A DNA stretch of 63,373 bases, the filler included, from Chiloscyllium plagiosum (Eukaryota): assembly GCF_004010195.1 (NCBI RefSeq). It is 5 parts of one record of this genome, joined end to end, with 100 filler letters (N's around TTAATTAATTAA, not from the genome) between each part and the next. Parts side by side here need not be neighbours in the genome. Positions count along the whole stretch, not along the records: positions 60,344 to 63,373 come from NC_057713.1; 4 more parts are not named here. One strand, 5' to 3'. Shown here piece after piece: positions 63,120-63,373 of the stretch. The notes below the pieces were generated by a model, which had not been told where the DNA came from, did not search any database, and saw only the letters and a program-made list of their open reading frames with translations. Every line of letters starts with the position of its first letter. Positions within the stretch are counted from its first letter, which is position 1. The translations under genes were made by a program, and so were the position numbers.

Positions 63120-63373
63120 AAAACAATGACTGCAGATGCTGGAAACCAGATTCTGGATTAGTGGTGCGAGAAGAGCACAGCAATTCAGGCAGCATCCGAG
63201 GAGCAGTAAAATCGACGTTTCGGGTAAAAGCCCCTCATCAGGAATACAGGCAGAGAGCCTGAAGGGTGGACAGATAAGTGAGAGGAGGGTGGGGGTGGGG
63301 GAAAAATAGCATAGAGTACAATAGGTGAGTGGAGGAGGGGATGAAGATGATAGGTCAGGGAGGAGGGTGGAAT
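63120..63373 (-). mobile_element. PLE family A terminus with hammerhead at 63210-63245
   Basis: Reverse complement attc-CTGATGA-ggggcttttaccc-GAAACGTC-gatt. Confidence 0.8.

Overview
Repeat-dense eukaryotic DNA. The HE1-type SINEs plus CR1, Rex1, RTE and Penelope-like retroelements point to a cartilaginous fish (shark); this is inferred from repeat content. I could not confidently identify any intact host gene, and the long ORFs are either artefacts of tandem repeats or decayed retrotransposon ORFs. The main signal is a large set of short Penelope-like-element (PLE) terminal fragments carrying minimal type I hammerhead ribozymes (CUGANGA-stem II-GAAA-palindromic stem III-NUH). They fall into about five sequence families with covarying stems. 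Many are 80-220 bp stand-alone insertions flanked by 10-15 bp target-site duplications (TSDs). Six are fold-back palindromes whose symmetry axis lies at the ribozyme, and three insertions sit in the Pol III head of the same SINE family. The window also holds a 6.5 kb tandem array (25 bp x 2 higher-order unit, core apparently perfect), an old inverted duplication that preserves an empty insertion site, and several assembly gaps with artificial TTAATTAATTAA spacers. All coordinates were read by eye and are approximate at element edges.
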